This document shows positions 26,311-38,573 of a stretch of DNA of 64,000 nt, piece by piece. Position 1 is the first letter of the stretch. The number at the start of each line of letters is the position of its first letter. The position numbers were made by a program, and so were the translations under genes. Source of the DNA: Tubiluchus corallicola (taxonomy: Eukaryota > Animalia > Priapulida); assembly GCA_030141605.1 (NCBI GenBank), contig JAQGDQ010000561.1:76048-140047 (forward strand). The letters are read 5' to 3'. Below the pieces are notes generated by a model, which saw only the letters and a list, made by a program, of their open reading frames with translations, made no database searches and was not told where the DNA came from.

Positions 26311-26400
26311 CTTACCGCCGCCATTACGCAAAAAGCTCCACGTGAATAACCGTGTTTACACGACTAATGCGCAATCGCTCTCGTGCAGTGACGATGTGGC
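26311..26400 (-). promoter_or_regulatory. Candidate first exon and promoter for MAD2L2 (and possibly RPL36)
   Basis: Minus strand reads ATGGCGGCG|GTAAGT, a consensus donor overlapping a YY1-like motif, in a locally CpG-richer stretch; a further AAGATGGCG and TGACGT motifs lie at 26688-26810. Confidence 0.45.
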
Positions 26401-28499
26401 CCTTAACATGTATTTTTAGTTTCTTCGCATAATTTATGATTATTAGGGTTGTAGCCACGGGACCCAAGCTGGCATATACGAGGAAATTATTTTAGACGAC
26501 TACAGTTATTTATCATTGATTTTATTTATTATTGTAGTATTATAACTATTAGATTATAAAAAAAGTAAAGGTTCTTTCTTTATTTCGGAAATGCGGTGAA
26601 GATGAAAGTGTGTCACGTGCTTTTAAGCTAGGCCCTGATAATGCATAAACTAGTACGAAATTCGTCACGTGACTACACACACAAACAAGATGGCGATACG
26701 ACCTGTATAGGTGTAGAACTGTGAATACAGCGTAATTATACCTAAATATATTATTAAATTACAATTAGATTAGCGGAAACATTCACTGATGACGTAAGAA
26801 TAATGACGTACGAGCCTAGAAACGAGTAATAAACTAGAAAAAGCTAAGCGGTGCGAAAGTGTAATAGCGTCGAATCCTTGGAGTAAACAAATACAAGTAA
26901 GAAGATTTCATTGGATTAGGTATACACTAAGATTACCTCAAGAGTCTTCTCTGCCAATACCATTATGTGAAACTGCTGGAACGACACTATACGATTAACA
27001 CATGTTTACAATCTAATATGCAGTATCTTCGACGCCAGGTTGTCGAAGCAGTTTGTGGTACAGTTTGCAATGTTCTTTCTTTCCGACGCTTCCGTTTTCA
27101 GTCTCGGACTATTACGTAAAATTTGAATGTCGACATGTTCAGTTGAGTACAGAGTAAGAGCATCACATAGTTTCCACAAAAACATTATTAGCCCAAAATT
27201 TCCTCTTTATACGTGATGAACACAGAAAAAAGTTCTGTACCAAAGGAAAAATGTTTAATTATTTTTATAACTAATGTTGACGTTATCTCTTGAACATTCT
27301 GCACATTTTGCTCTATCTTACTGTATAGTTTAAAAGAAATTTAACTAAATGTAAACAAAACAAATTAAGTCTAGCAATGTAGTTGTATTTCATGACACAG
27401 ACAAAAATTTCAAAGTGATCCGAAGCGTAGTCTGTTAACTTTTCCGAGCTTCTGGACTTATTACTAGAAGAAGAAAGTTAGACCTTACATTGGAACACAT
27501 TCCACGGTTATAATGCTCCTAGTTTTTCGTAAGATTTAGTGGAAAAAACGCAACTTTTATCATTAACATTATTGTGTAACAAAATCTAGCATCAGAAAAT
27601 TAATGCACCCAATGCATTTATCACTTAGCACGTTTGCTCCATTAGATTCAACGTATGATTAGATTCAACGTAATAATTGCCGGTAGGGTAGGGAAGTGCA
27701 AAACTAAGGTCTAATTGTATACAATAAATGGACATATTTACAAATACCATATTAAAATACTTTTACAAAACAATATTACAAAAGGACATTAAATTTTACA
27801 TGACATATTTTACACTATATATACATTTGACATGACACAATTAACAGAAACATGCTTTACATTACATAAATTTCACTCATTACATTTACACTATTTATAC
27901 ATTTGACATTAAAAAACTAACATAACACGTATTACATTAGATATTGTTTTTTAAATTTACATTCTTAATCGTTTATGGAGTCAGGGGTGGGGGTAAATGA
28001 AAGATGAGTCTGTGTAATTAGTATCAGATGCCTGATCTGGAAGTTGAAATCTGTTTGACTGATATTCTTTTAATTTCTTTTTAAAGTGTTGGAGAGATTC
28101 TATTTGTTTTATTTTACTGCGTAGAAAGTTCCTTAAATGTATGGCTTGTTAAGAATTATTATTATTAGGACATCATCAGAATAATTGTGTTAGTGTGCTT
28201 TGTTTATAAAAAGCGTCAAAAAGGTATTATTGCTAATTACTACTATGAAGCATGCAGACATTGTTATATCTGCATGGAAATACTAATTCGTTATTGTCAA
28301 AGACTGAATAAACATCAAGTGATAACAATGCTTCTGTAGTGCACTTGCTGAGTTGCTTAGCTCGAGTAACATTGACTAAACAAAGTAAAATCATAAACGG
28401 CGGAAAACAGACTGGACGCATAATGCAACCACCACGGAAATTGCTATTGTTTCTGTAAGCAAGCGTGTTTAAATCTGCCATTATTAGGGAGACTCGATA

Positions 28500-28790
28500 G
28501 TGCTTTCAGACTAGCGGTTTTTCTCTCGCTAAAGCTAACTCGCCAAGTAACTCTCAAGAATGATTAGACTGGAGAGCAAAACTTGCTGCAAGTTACACTT
28601 CGACAGTAAGCTGACATTCTCTTCTCTCTAGAAGTATGGAGAGTAACTCGACAAGGCGTTCCTTTAAACACCATTTGTCGTGGAGTTTGTTATTTCCTGC
28701 CAGCAGTAACTCGCAAGGCTTTTCACATTTGCGAGATTACCGTCAAAGAAAAAACTCAAGTCAGAAAAATCGCTAGTCTGAATGAGTCAT
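28500..28790. mobile_element. Harbinger-like MITE, related to 3670-4195
   Basis: TTCAGACTAGCG ... CGCTAGTCTGAA inverted termini. Confidence 0.58.
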
Positions 28791-29521
28791 TTTATGCGTT
28801 CTACACAATGCCTAGGCAAAAGTTCTGTTCTACAGCAATTATGCTCACTTCTCACATTGCCAAAGTCAATTTATGCTTTTTGTATGAAAACCAGCTGTTA
28901 TACAAAACGCCTGAGCAATAGGAACGCATAGGTGTTACATGAAATGCCTAGGATTTTCATAATATCTGACTTTTACACATTGCCTGTAACATATATGACG
29001 CCTGGGAAAAGTGTAGAAGAAACTATTTTAGACACTTTGCCTGGTTATTCTGGCGCTCTGCAAATCGGCTTGTCATTCTCTGTAATACCCAGTTTCACAC
29101 TTTGCCTGTAACATGATAGACATCATCATATAGACATACGTTGTTGACAGTCATTTTAGAGGTCGTATTTGCTCTCCTCATGGAAAACACTAGTCCTTTG
29201 TTCTTGCACATAGAAGTGGTCACGTGAGTAAATTGCATGTCTTTTGCTTTTATAACATATTTGGCTGGGCCAGTCATAGATAAAGCAAATCTATATACAT
29301 GCAGTGGCCAATTCGCTTGATATTTGGTGTTAAACAACATAAGAAGCTCCATTTTGATTATGAACGAGAAGATTTCAATGTGGCATGATTTGTGAGACTC
29401 ATAGTTTGAGAAAGCAGGAAGGCAGGTTGCTGATTTGAACTTATCTTAAGAAAGCAAATGGCGTCCAACGCACCGCATTACTTTAACAGAGGTCAATGAG
29501 AAGTTGCAAATTTTTATCATA

Positions 29522-30418
29522 ATGGCTACTAATGGATCTAATTTCACCAGCAGTGACGATTACATAGTCAAATATTTCCTACATGACTTCAGTTTTGCCG
29601 TAATTGGGCTTTTGGCTATACTCTCGAATCCCTTGGTTTTGGGCGCCATCTATCGTAACAAACAGCTACAAACTCGTACAAATGCTGTTATAGCCTCACT
29701 GGCCATTTGTGACTTTTTGCTTGGAGGTGTTGTAATTCCATTAGGTCTTGTGGCAAAGCATTTACAGTATATCCAACCATTACTATCCATTTTCATCACA
29801 CTTGATAGTACCATGCAGGTTGGTGGAGTGCTGCATGTGTGCCTCATTGCCGTAGAAAGATACATCTCTGTGCGACACCCATTCAAGTATAATAATTATG
29901 TTACACCGAAAACCCTGACAGCATCACTGGCATTCGTTTGGACGTTTTCAATAACTGAGTCACTGACAAGAATGGGCATTCGCCTTCATTACAGACGCAC
30001 CAGTGTCATCGTGTCGGGATACCAGACAGCAAAGAGCATTCTTGTCTTTGGCCTGCCATGTGCATGTGTTCTGGTCGTGTATGGCAAGATCTGGATGATC
30101 GCATTAAGACAAACACGGAGGATAGACCCCATGAACCAACAGAATTCCAACAAAAAGAACGCACTTAAGATGATAAAAGAAATTAAAGCAACTCGGACAC
30201 TTGGCATCATTGTTGTTGTGTTTATCGTTTGCTGGACACCATTTTTCGCATCTCCGGTTATTGCGTTGGCCTGTAGGAAGGGATGTTTGTCCGGAGAATG
30301 GTTTGGATTTGCAGTGTGGCTTAGTTATGCTAACAGCGCCATTAATCCAGCGATCTACGCAGCCTCTAATTCTGCCTTCCGGAAATCTTTCAAACAAATA
30401 CTTACTTGCTCTGATTGA
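29522..30418 (+). CDS. Intronless class A GPCR, aminergic/trace-amine-like
   Basis: Seven hydrophobic helices; SN..V in TM1, LAICD, D3.32, ERY, CWTPFF, W7.40/Y7.43, NPAIY, FRK helix 8; N-terminal NGS/NFT sequons; ATG at 29522. Confidence 0.93.
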   Translation: MATNGSNFTSSDDYIVKYFLHDFSFAVIGLLAILSNPLVLGAIYRNKQLQTRTNAVIASLAICDFLLGGVVIPLGLVAKHLQYIQPLLSIFITLDSTMQVGGVLHVCLIAVERYISVRHPFKYNNYVTPKTLTASLAFVWTFSITESLTRMGIRLHYRRTSVIVSGYQTAKSILVFGLPCACVLVVYGKIWMIALRQTRRIDPMNQQNSNKKNALKMIKEIKATRTLGIIVVVFIVCWTPFFASPVIALACRKGCLSGEWFGFAVWLSYANSAINPAIYAASNSAFRKSFKQILTCSD

Positions 30419-30833
30419 TTGCATTATTAACCCAAAGTGTTTTTATCATTTCATAACAATTTTCACCTGTATTTCACATAAAATCTAAATGCTATTTTTA
30501 GTTTAATCAAGATTGACCTGATTAAACTGATAACATTAATGCCCACCAGTGTCTAAAAATAATTTTATCTATATTCGGTAAAGGATAGCAGACTAGGTGA
30601 CTTTATGGTCTTTTCGCTATCCTTTCTCTAGTTTCTAGATCTATCTATACATTTTAACCATCTTCAAAACTTATTAGAGATTCTTTTATTAATCATGTTT
30701 TATTTTAGCATTATACAGAGATAAATAAATTTTAAAATTGAATTGAATTGAAGAAATCTGATTGATATGGATCATTGTTTACTAGTAGCAATGCGATCAT
30801 AAAGTTGAATCTACATTCTCATTCATTAATTTA

Positions 30834-31323
30834 TGTTGGACGATCAGATTTAACATTAATCTTTTGGTTAACTTTCGTTGCAACATTAACATACTACCAA
30901 CTATTGGGACCCAGTAGGTAAATTTATCTTAAATTCCAAGTTGCCATATTCATCGACGTCCGATTGGACTTCGGCTTTCCTGTCTTGTTGTGGAGATCCA
31001 CTAGAATTAAATAGAATATTGTAGAATGTTCTATAGTATAGTAGAACAATCTTCTTACCTTGTAGAAGTTTCTAGAACATTCTATTTCTAGGTTGTTTCC
31101 TGGCACTGATATATAAGGCGGAGCTGGCCGCTGAAGTTTATTCTCTTGTATTCTCAGATTCTCAGATACGCTTTCACGTTTCCAGATTATCACATTTACT
31201 GTAAACATTTCACGTTCCTTCATACTTTTGTGTTGTAGAATTCTCGTATAATAAACTAGTTTAATTTGACGACGTGTTTTCTGGTTTTCTCTACGAGCCT
31301 TCCGAGAGAAACAAAACACAACA
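30834..31323 (+). mobile_element. Solo-LTR-like element
   Basis: TGTTG...CAACA termini, TATATAAG at ~31110, AATAAA at ~31250; no TSD found. Confidence 0.5.
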
Positions 31324-31800
31324 TGTCTTTAAAGCCATTTTATTAGCCACGATTTTACATGAAGTCATTTACAAAAATATGTACTTATAGTAATTTGAAT
31401 TTCTGTATTTTATCTTTCTCTCGTCAATAAAAAATTGTTACTGTCATTTTTAATCATTCAAGTTAAGTGAGGTTTCATTTTGTGAGGTTGAGTTTGTACG
31501 TGTTATTTCTGGATCTGGCTGTAGTTGTAATAAGATGATATTTAACCTTATTGTAATAATTCCCTTTGTTCTTTTCACATTTATTTCTGTTGCCATATGA
31601 GGTAATGATTGTTGTCAATCAGTGTTTCTCTTTTGATTTTGGGAACACGTGTATTTGTCCAATAACAGCAAATACAAATTGCCTATTTGAGTCAGAATTA
31701 TTGGCATGGCTTTATTTTAAAGTATAGCATAGGTGCTTGGGCGACCCACTCTGCACAGCTTCTACCTTTATTCCAAAGTATGGCATGGTTACCAAAATAG

Positions 31801-32788
31801 TGTTACATGTCACCCTAAAAGTACCAGTAGTTCAAACCCAAGACTTCCAAATTATTATTTTACAAATATTTCGGTTCTTATTGGTTAAATTTTCACACCT
31901 TTTTGCTTTCTACCAATCAGGTTTCATTTGGCTCTGTCTCTGACACGTACACTAGTTTGGGGAAGGTTTTGAAGGAAGCGTAAAAACCTGCTGTACTTAG
32001 GGAGCTACAGTGGTAATCGGGTCGTGCAGAGTTAGTGGCTCTTGTGCTTGTGTTTCTTCCATAAGACTTAGAGCTCTCCTACGACCTGCTATATGGCAAG
32101 TTAGGTACCAGTCTCTCCACTTTCTTTGTTTGTTCTGTTTTTCTTTAATTTGTTTAAGATCTTGTCACAGTTAATTCAGGTCTTCTAATATTTAAATCTC
32201 TTTCCAGTTAAATAGTCAGCATTATTTAATTCAGCTTTGTTTAATTGTGGTTCTGTGGAAATCATTATTAGGCTGCTCCGCCTCCGTACTTGCAGGCCCG
32301 AACCACGCCCTGGTGGCGAGGTGCCACCAGCAGTTCAATACTTTGCTTGTACCTACAGGCCCGAAACACCCCCTGGTGGCGAGTTGTCTCCACCAATTCA
32401 ATATATTGATCTTTGTTGTATTTTTCTGCATAGATTAAAAATAATACAGTTCCTGTCTTGGTCTGATAGTTCATCTCAATTTTAGATTTGCTATTTTAAT
32501 TCTTACAGATGCAGTTTTGAACTAATCCACTGCTTTAAGCCTACTACTAGCTCTTGTGTGTCACAAATTGCAATTATATGACCAAGTGGTAGCCAAAAAT
32601 TAATAATGTACAGTAAGCACTATTACTTTTGCATCATGAGAAGCCATACACGATGGATGAGCAGCCTTTGTGATATAGCCACTAAATAAAACCTGTTCGC
32701 ATTACTTCACATCGTGTCTTTTGACTCTTGTCGAATTCTTGTTTTTTAGCTGACTTAAAGTGAAATATTTCCACATAATATGGTAACA
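31801..32788 (+). mobile_element. Solo-LTR-like element
   Basis: TGTTAC...GTAACA termini, AATAAA at ~32686; no TSD found. Confidence 0.42.
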
Positions 32789-32812
32789 AGGACCAATGCT
32801 CTACATGCGATA

Positions 32813-33175
32813 AGCCTCTTCACAGTTCCAACGATTGATGATGATCGTTAAAAGGTCAAAGGTTAAGAGTACCCGACAATCCATTTGTGTGCATTTGACT
32901 ACGCCTCGCAGGCCATGCTATTGTAATAGTAACAGTTTTAGCAGCTAGCTAGAACCTTACTTAGTTCATTTTTTTCTTGTTCCCATACAAGATTCTGCTA
33001 GTAAACTAGTAAATGACTCTGCACATTGACTAATGCATAATTAAGTAAAGTCCAAGTACTGAATTAGCTTTACCCACGTGTCACGTGACGATTGTAGTTA
33101 AGACAGGTGCTGTGATGCACTTAACCTTTGACTTACAACAACTGCGCGTGCGCACAACAAAACTGAGAAAAGGCT
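32813..33175 (+). mobile_element. MITE family E
   Basis: AAGCCTCTTCACAG ... CTGAGAAAAGGCTT. Confidence 0.72.
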
Positions 33176-33563
33176 TTTTTAGTGACAAATCAATATCTGT
33201 AACTGTTTCACTGTCAATGCAATAAATAATCAAGCACACGAATGTACAATAATTGCAGATGTTTTAGGAACACTCATCGTCATCAGTTCCAGAAGACATT
33301 TTCGATATTTTGCCGTGCGATATTCTGTCCAAGAAATCTAGAATATTATTACCACAAATTTTAGTTTTTGATGCAGAACAGAACACTTCTGTAGCTTTTA
33401 TTGAGTGAAAGAGTTATTTCGTCTGTCAACAAAGCTGCTATTTTGCTTTGCCAAAGGAAGGGTACAAAAACAAGCATGTAAATGGTTAATGAAGAAAATG
33501 TATTCAAACTGGTGTGGTGTTTACTTTGAGTAAGCTAAGTACAAATTAGCAAATATTACTGTG

Positions 33564-33957
33564 TAGGAGGAGTGAGCATCGAGCATCGAATTTTTTTAGT
33601 TCGAATTCGATTCGAACCTAAAATTATGAATTCGAATAATTAAGCACTTCAGCCACGTACGTTCTTTATCATTAAAATGTTTGAAACATCATGCAATTGG
33701 CACAATTTAGCTGCAGTTTCTGTGCAAAATTTTTCACAAACTAATAGTGGCTTTGCTGCAGAACAAAATCAAGTAATATGCACGATCTTTGTAAGATCAA
33801 TTTTTGCTAATGGCTCGAAAACTTGGTTGAAAATCTTTCAAACTCAATTCGAATTCGATTCAGATTCGAAATACTGAAATTCGATTCGATTCGAATTCGA
33901 AATTCACAAATGCGATTCGATTCGAATTCACTTTCTGTTAGAGAATGCTCACATCTA
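33564..33957. mobile_element. MITE with (TTCGA)-rich subterminal repeats
   Basis: GTGAGCAT / ATGCTCAC inverted termini and clustered ATTCGA repeats near both ends. Confidence 0.55.
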
Positions 33958-34663
33958 CTGCAGAGTACCATAGATTATCTAAGCTTTACTGTTATAATTT
34001 TGTCTGGAGCATGTGGTCAAAATGTCCAAACAGTTGTTGCGGAGAGTTAGACCAAACGATCTATCTATAGAGATAGATACCTCTTGTGGGTTGTGGGACA
34101 TTAAATGTCTACTGGGATTCATGATTTGGAAGCCGCAATTCGTAGGTTCTGTGCTGTGTAAAGGCACCGACAATTGATTCTGCACAATATGGCTTCCGTG
34201 TTAGCCAACAGAGTTTACGTCATTTATAGACATTATAAAGACAAATCATTATTAGTAATTATGGTAATGTGCGGCACATACGTTTTTGACAATCATTTTA
34301 AAGGTCGTATTTGCTCTCCTCGTGGAAAATGTTTGTTCTTTGTTGTTGCACATAGAAGTGGTCACGTGAGTAAATTGCAAGTCTTTTGCTTTTATAACAT
34401 ATTTGGCTGAGCCAGTCATAGATAAAGCAAGTCTATATACACACAGTGACCAATTCGCTTGACATTTACTGTTAAAGAACATAAGAACCTCTGTTTTAAT
34501 TATGAACGAGAAGATTTCAATGTGGCATGATTTGTGAGACTCACAGTTTGAGAAAGCAGGAAGCCAAGGTGCTGATGCAAACTTATCTTAAGAAAGCAAA
34601 TGGCGTCCAACGCCCCATATTACTTTAACAGAGGTCAGCTAGAAGTTTGCCATTTTTATCATA

Positions 34664-35572
34664 ATGGCTGCTAATGGATCCAATTTCACCAGCAATGAAG
34701 ATTACACAGTCAAATATTTCCTGGCTGACTTCAGTTTTGCCGTAATTGCGCTATTGGCTACGCTTTGGAATCCATTGATATTGGCTGCCATCTATCGTAA
34801 CAAACAGTTACAAACTCGCACGAATGCCGTTATAGCATCGCTGGCTGTTTCTGATTTTTTGCTGGGAGCTGTTGTAGTCCCATTTGAGTTTGTCCTAAAA
34901 ACTATAGATTACAGAGAACCGTAGCTGAGCGTCTTTATTATGTCTGACAATGTCATACAAGTTGCTGGAGTGCTTCACGTTTGCCTCATTGCTGCAGAAA
35001 GATACGTCTCTGTGCAACATCCTTTTAAGTACAATGACTATGTCACACCAAAGACCTTGAAGACATGGCTGACAGGTGTGTGGGCATTCTCCATAACTGA
35101 GTCAGTGACAAGAATGGTCATTCGCTTCTACCGTGGACGTGGAAGTATCATGATGTTGGATTATCAGACTCCAAAGAGCATTCTTGTTTTTTTCCTGCCG
35201 TGTGCATGTGTTCTGGTGATGTATGGAAAAATCTGGATGATCGCATTAAGACAAACACGGAGGATAGACCCCATGAACCAACAGAATTCCAACAAAAAGA
35301 ACGCACTTAAGATGATAAAAGAAATAAAAGCGACTCGAACGCTGGGTATCGTCGCGGCGGTGTTTATCGTTTGCTGGACACCATTTTTCGCGTCCCCATT
35401 TATCGCGTTGGCCTGTAGGAAGGAATGTTTGTCCGGAGAATGGTTTGGCTTTGCAGTGTGGCTTAGTTATGCTAACAGCGCCATTAATCCAGCGATCTAC
35501 GCAGCCTCTAATTCTGCCTTCCGGAAATCTTTCAAACAATTACTTTGCTGTAACAAAACAAGGAGGTGTTGA
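34664..35572 (+). pseudogene. Tandem paralog of the aminergic-like GPCR with one in-frame TAG (34922-34924)
   Basis: Colinear with 29522-30418 over its whole length plus ~390 bp upstream; ORFs 34664-34924 and 34940-35572 share one frame; TAG aligns with a Leu codon in the paralog. Confidence 0.85.
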
Positions 35573-35798
35573 AATACAATTACAGTGACGGTATTAAAGT
35601 ATGAAAGCACTTAATGTCAATGTTAGATTTGCCAACTTTGTGACATGGCATCGTAATGTTGCATTTAATGTAAAAATGAAAGTTTTAAATGCAAATACTT
35701 TGTTGTAACAAAACAAGGGGGTGTTGAAATACAATTACAGTGAAGGTATTAACAACTGTATAACTCCATATTTTCTCTTCGAAAATGGCTCTCCGGCG

Positions 35799-36304
35799 TT
35801 CTATAGGTTTTACACGTCAAATGTAGACACAGGAAAGTTCAAATGTGACTTAGGTAAGTCAAATGTAGACATAGGAATTTCGAATGTGTTTTGGTAACTC
35901 AAATGTGACTTAGGTAAGTCAAATGTAGATGCATTACTTTGAATAAATCGGTAATTAAGTTATTTAACTGCAAATTAGAAAAAGATAAACCAAAGATAGT
36001 GCATCTGTTAGGTCTATAACGTTATTATTTTAACTTAGGAGCAATTATTAAATTGAAATTTAAGAAGATTAAATTTAACATCCTTAAACTTTAACACCTA
36101 TCCACATTTGAGATACCAATGTCACATTTGACTTGACATGTGTCTACATTTGACTTGCCAAAAACGCTTAAGATTTCTTGAAAACCATTATTAACACATT
36201 TGAACTACCTAAGTCTACATTTGAGTTACCAAGACACATTTGAATTACCTAAATCTACATTTGAGTTAACGCAGGTCTACATTTGACATGTAAAACCTAT
36301 AGAA
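35799..36304. mobile_element. Foldback-like MITE
   Basis: ~30-bp TIR TTCTATAGGTTTTACA.GTCAAATGTAGAC plus mirrored ~20-bp subrepeats (CAAATGT.GAC / GTC.ACATTTG). Confidence 0.72.
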
Positions 36305-37145
36305 GTTCAAACATTTTCTGCCCCCCCCCCCCCGAAGAGGCCTCACACGCCCCACTTCCCCGGCATCGCTTAGGCTCAAATAGGCCCTGCTGATGCTTGC
36401 TATGTACATGCGCCATGCGGACAACAGGCAGTTGTGTTAACTAAGAAGTTTAACTGGGCTATGACCTAGGGTGCCAAAGTTTGAGCGGCGCAACTTTTTA
36501 GGCGCCCAATTTAAAAAAATTCTTATTCTCCTTGGAAAATGCGTAATACGTAATACGTAATAAACTGTTACTTTTTGTGACTACGCGGCTAGTTGATTAT
36601 TGGTTGTGTTACATAAACAGTCACGGTGTTGTTGAACACGGCAGTTTCCTTTTAACATCCACGCAATGTGCATAAATGAGTCAGTTTAACGGGGAAGAAA
36701 AGGCAATTTTAATGCGTACCCCCAAAACTTCTTTATTTGTTTTGGATATAAGCATGTGGTGTATCGAGAGTTTTATACGTCACCGAAAGTAGCTGTTTTG
36801 GATATAAGCACGTGGTGCCTCCTTGTGTTTGTTTTTTGAAAATCTAGGCTGTTGATAGACAGGTGAGCTAGGACAGGAAAGAGGCCTTGGCCTCATTTTG
36901 CAGACAGGATAGGAAAGAAGTCATTCTTGTTCAGTACGTTGTGTCGTTTTATAACAAAATTTTATCAGTCGAGTTCTGTTTAGCAAGTTAGTAAGATGCG
37001 GCAAAGATGTAAGTTTGATTTCTTCATATTTCATAATTTTATTACACATTTTCATTATAGCAGTTAATTATCCTTTTGACATTCGATTAGCAGAAAATGT
37101 TTTTATTTGCTTCAGATAAAACGAAGTCGAGTCTCACATAATATG

Positions 37146-37260
37146 TCAGTCAGTTAGTCAGTTAGTCAGTCAGTCAGTCAGTCAGTCAGTCAGCCAGCCA
37201 GCCAGCCAGTCAGTCAGTCAGTCAGTCAGTCAGTCAGTCAGTCAGTCAGTCAGTCAGTCA
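37146..37260. repeat. (GTCA)n microsatellite
   Basis: Direct reading. Confidence 0.95.
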
Positions 37261-37690
37261 AATATGTCATGATGTGATAGTGATTTTGGGATGAGACGAT
37301 GATTGCCCATTTTGGAAAATAAAAAAATCATAAATTACATCTAAAAGACTGTTGGACTTGTATTTAACGCATGTCGCGCACATTATTCTTTTGGCCTGTC
37401 TGCAGCTTGGTAACGGTACCCTTACCGCAAAGTTAGAAGCCCGTATTTTGCATTTTGACCTTGACCCTGCCCTAGTTTCACTCGCTCATCTGAAGTGATA
37501 AAATTTACGCCCTCTGCTGTTAAATCAGTAAGTAAAGAGGATCTGTTGAACTATGTTAAAAGCCTCAGATTATGATAGATAATTACGTTGATGAATGCTG
37601 GCATGAAGCCAGTTAAGGAGTGGTGTCACGTGAGCAAGTGATTCAGAACCGAAGCTCGGCGAACGATATATAAGCCTTGTGATGCGCCTA

Positions 37691-38573
37691 GCTCAAGGGA
37701 TTGAGTCTGGCAGCTGAAGGAGAGCAGGCTAGATCAGGGGCTCAGGGGATTGAGTCTGGGAGCTGAAGGAGAGCAAGCTAGATCAGGGGCTCAGGGGATT
37801 GAGTCTGGGAGCTGAAGGAGAGCAAGCTAGATCAGGGGCTCAGGGGATTGAGTCTGGGAGCTGAAGGAGAGCAAGCTAGATCAGGGGCTCAGGGGATTGA
37901 GTCTGGGAGCTGAAGGAGAGCAAGCTAGATCAGGGGCTCAGGGGATTGAGTCTGGGAGCTGAAGGAGAGGAGGCTAGATCAGGGGCTCAGGGGATTGAGT
38001 CTGGGAGCTGAAGGAGAGCAAGCTAGATCAGGGGCTCAGGGGATTGAGTCTGGGAGCTGAAGGAGAGCAGGCTAGATCAGGGGCTCAGGGGATTGAGTCT
38101 GGGAGCTGAAGGAGAGCAAGCTAGATCAGGGGTTCAGGGGATTGAGTCTGGGAGCTGAAGGAGAGCAGGCTAGATCAGGGGCTCAGGGGATTGAGTCTGG
38201 GAGCTGAAGGAGAGCAGGCTAGATCAGGGGCTCAGGGGATTGAGTCTGGGAGCTGAAGGAGAGCAAGCTAGATCAGGGGCTCAGGGGATTGAGTCTGGGA
38301 GCTGAAGGAGAGCAAGCTAGATCAGGGGCTCAGGGGATTGAGTCTGGGAGCTGAAGGAGAGCAAGCTAGATCAGGGGCTCAGGGGATTGAGTCTGGGAGC
38401 TGAAGGAGAGCAAGCTAGATCAGGGGCTCAGGGGATTGAGTCTGGGAGCTGAAGGAGAGCAGGCTAGATCAGGGGCTCAGGGGATTGAGTCTGGGAGCTG
38501 AAGGAGAGCAGGCTAGATCAGGGGCTCAGGGGATTGAGTCTGGGAGCTGAAGGAGAGCAAGCTAGATCGGGGC
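37691..38573. repeat. 49-bp tandem repeat, ~18 near-identical copies
   Basis: Unit GCTCAGGGGATTGAGTCTGGGAGCTGAAGGAGAGCA(A/G)GCTAGATCAGGG. Confidence 0.96.

Noticed and set aside
26690-26710. ATG GCG ATA CGA (MAIR) resembling an RPL36 N-terminus
   Set aside because: Wrong strand relative to RPL36 and stops after six codons; more simply a YY1-like motif
37691-38573. Satellite-encoded hammerhead ribozyme (CTGAAGGA resembles CUGANGA)
   Set aside because: No GAAA core element or compatible helices in the unit
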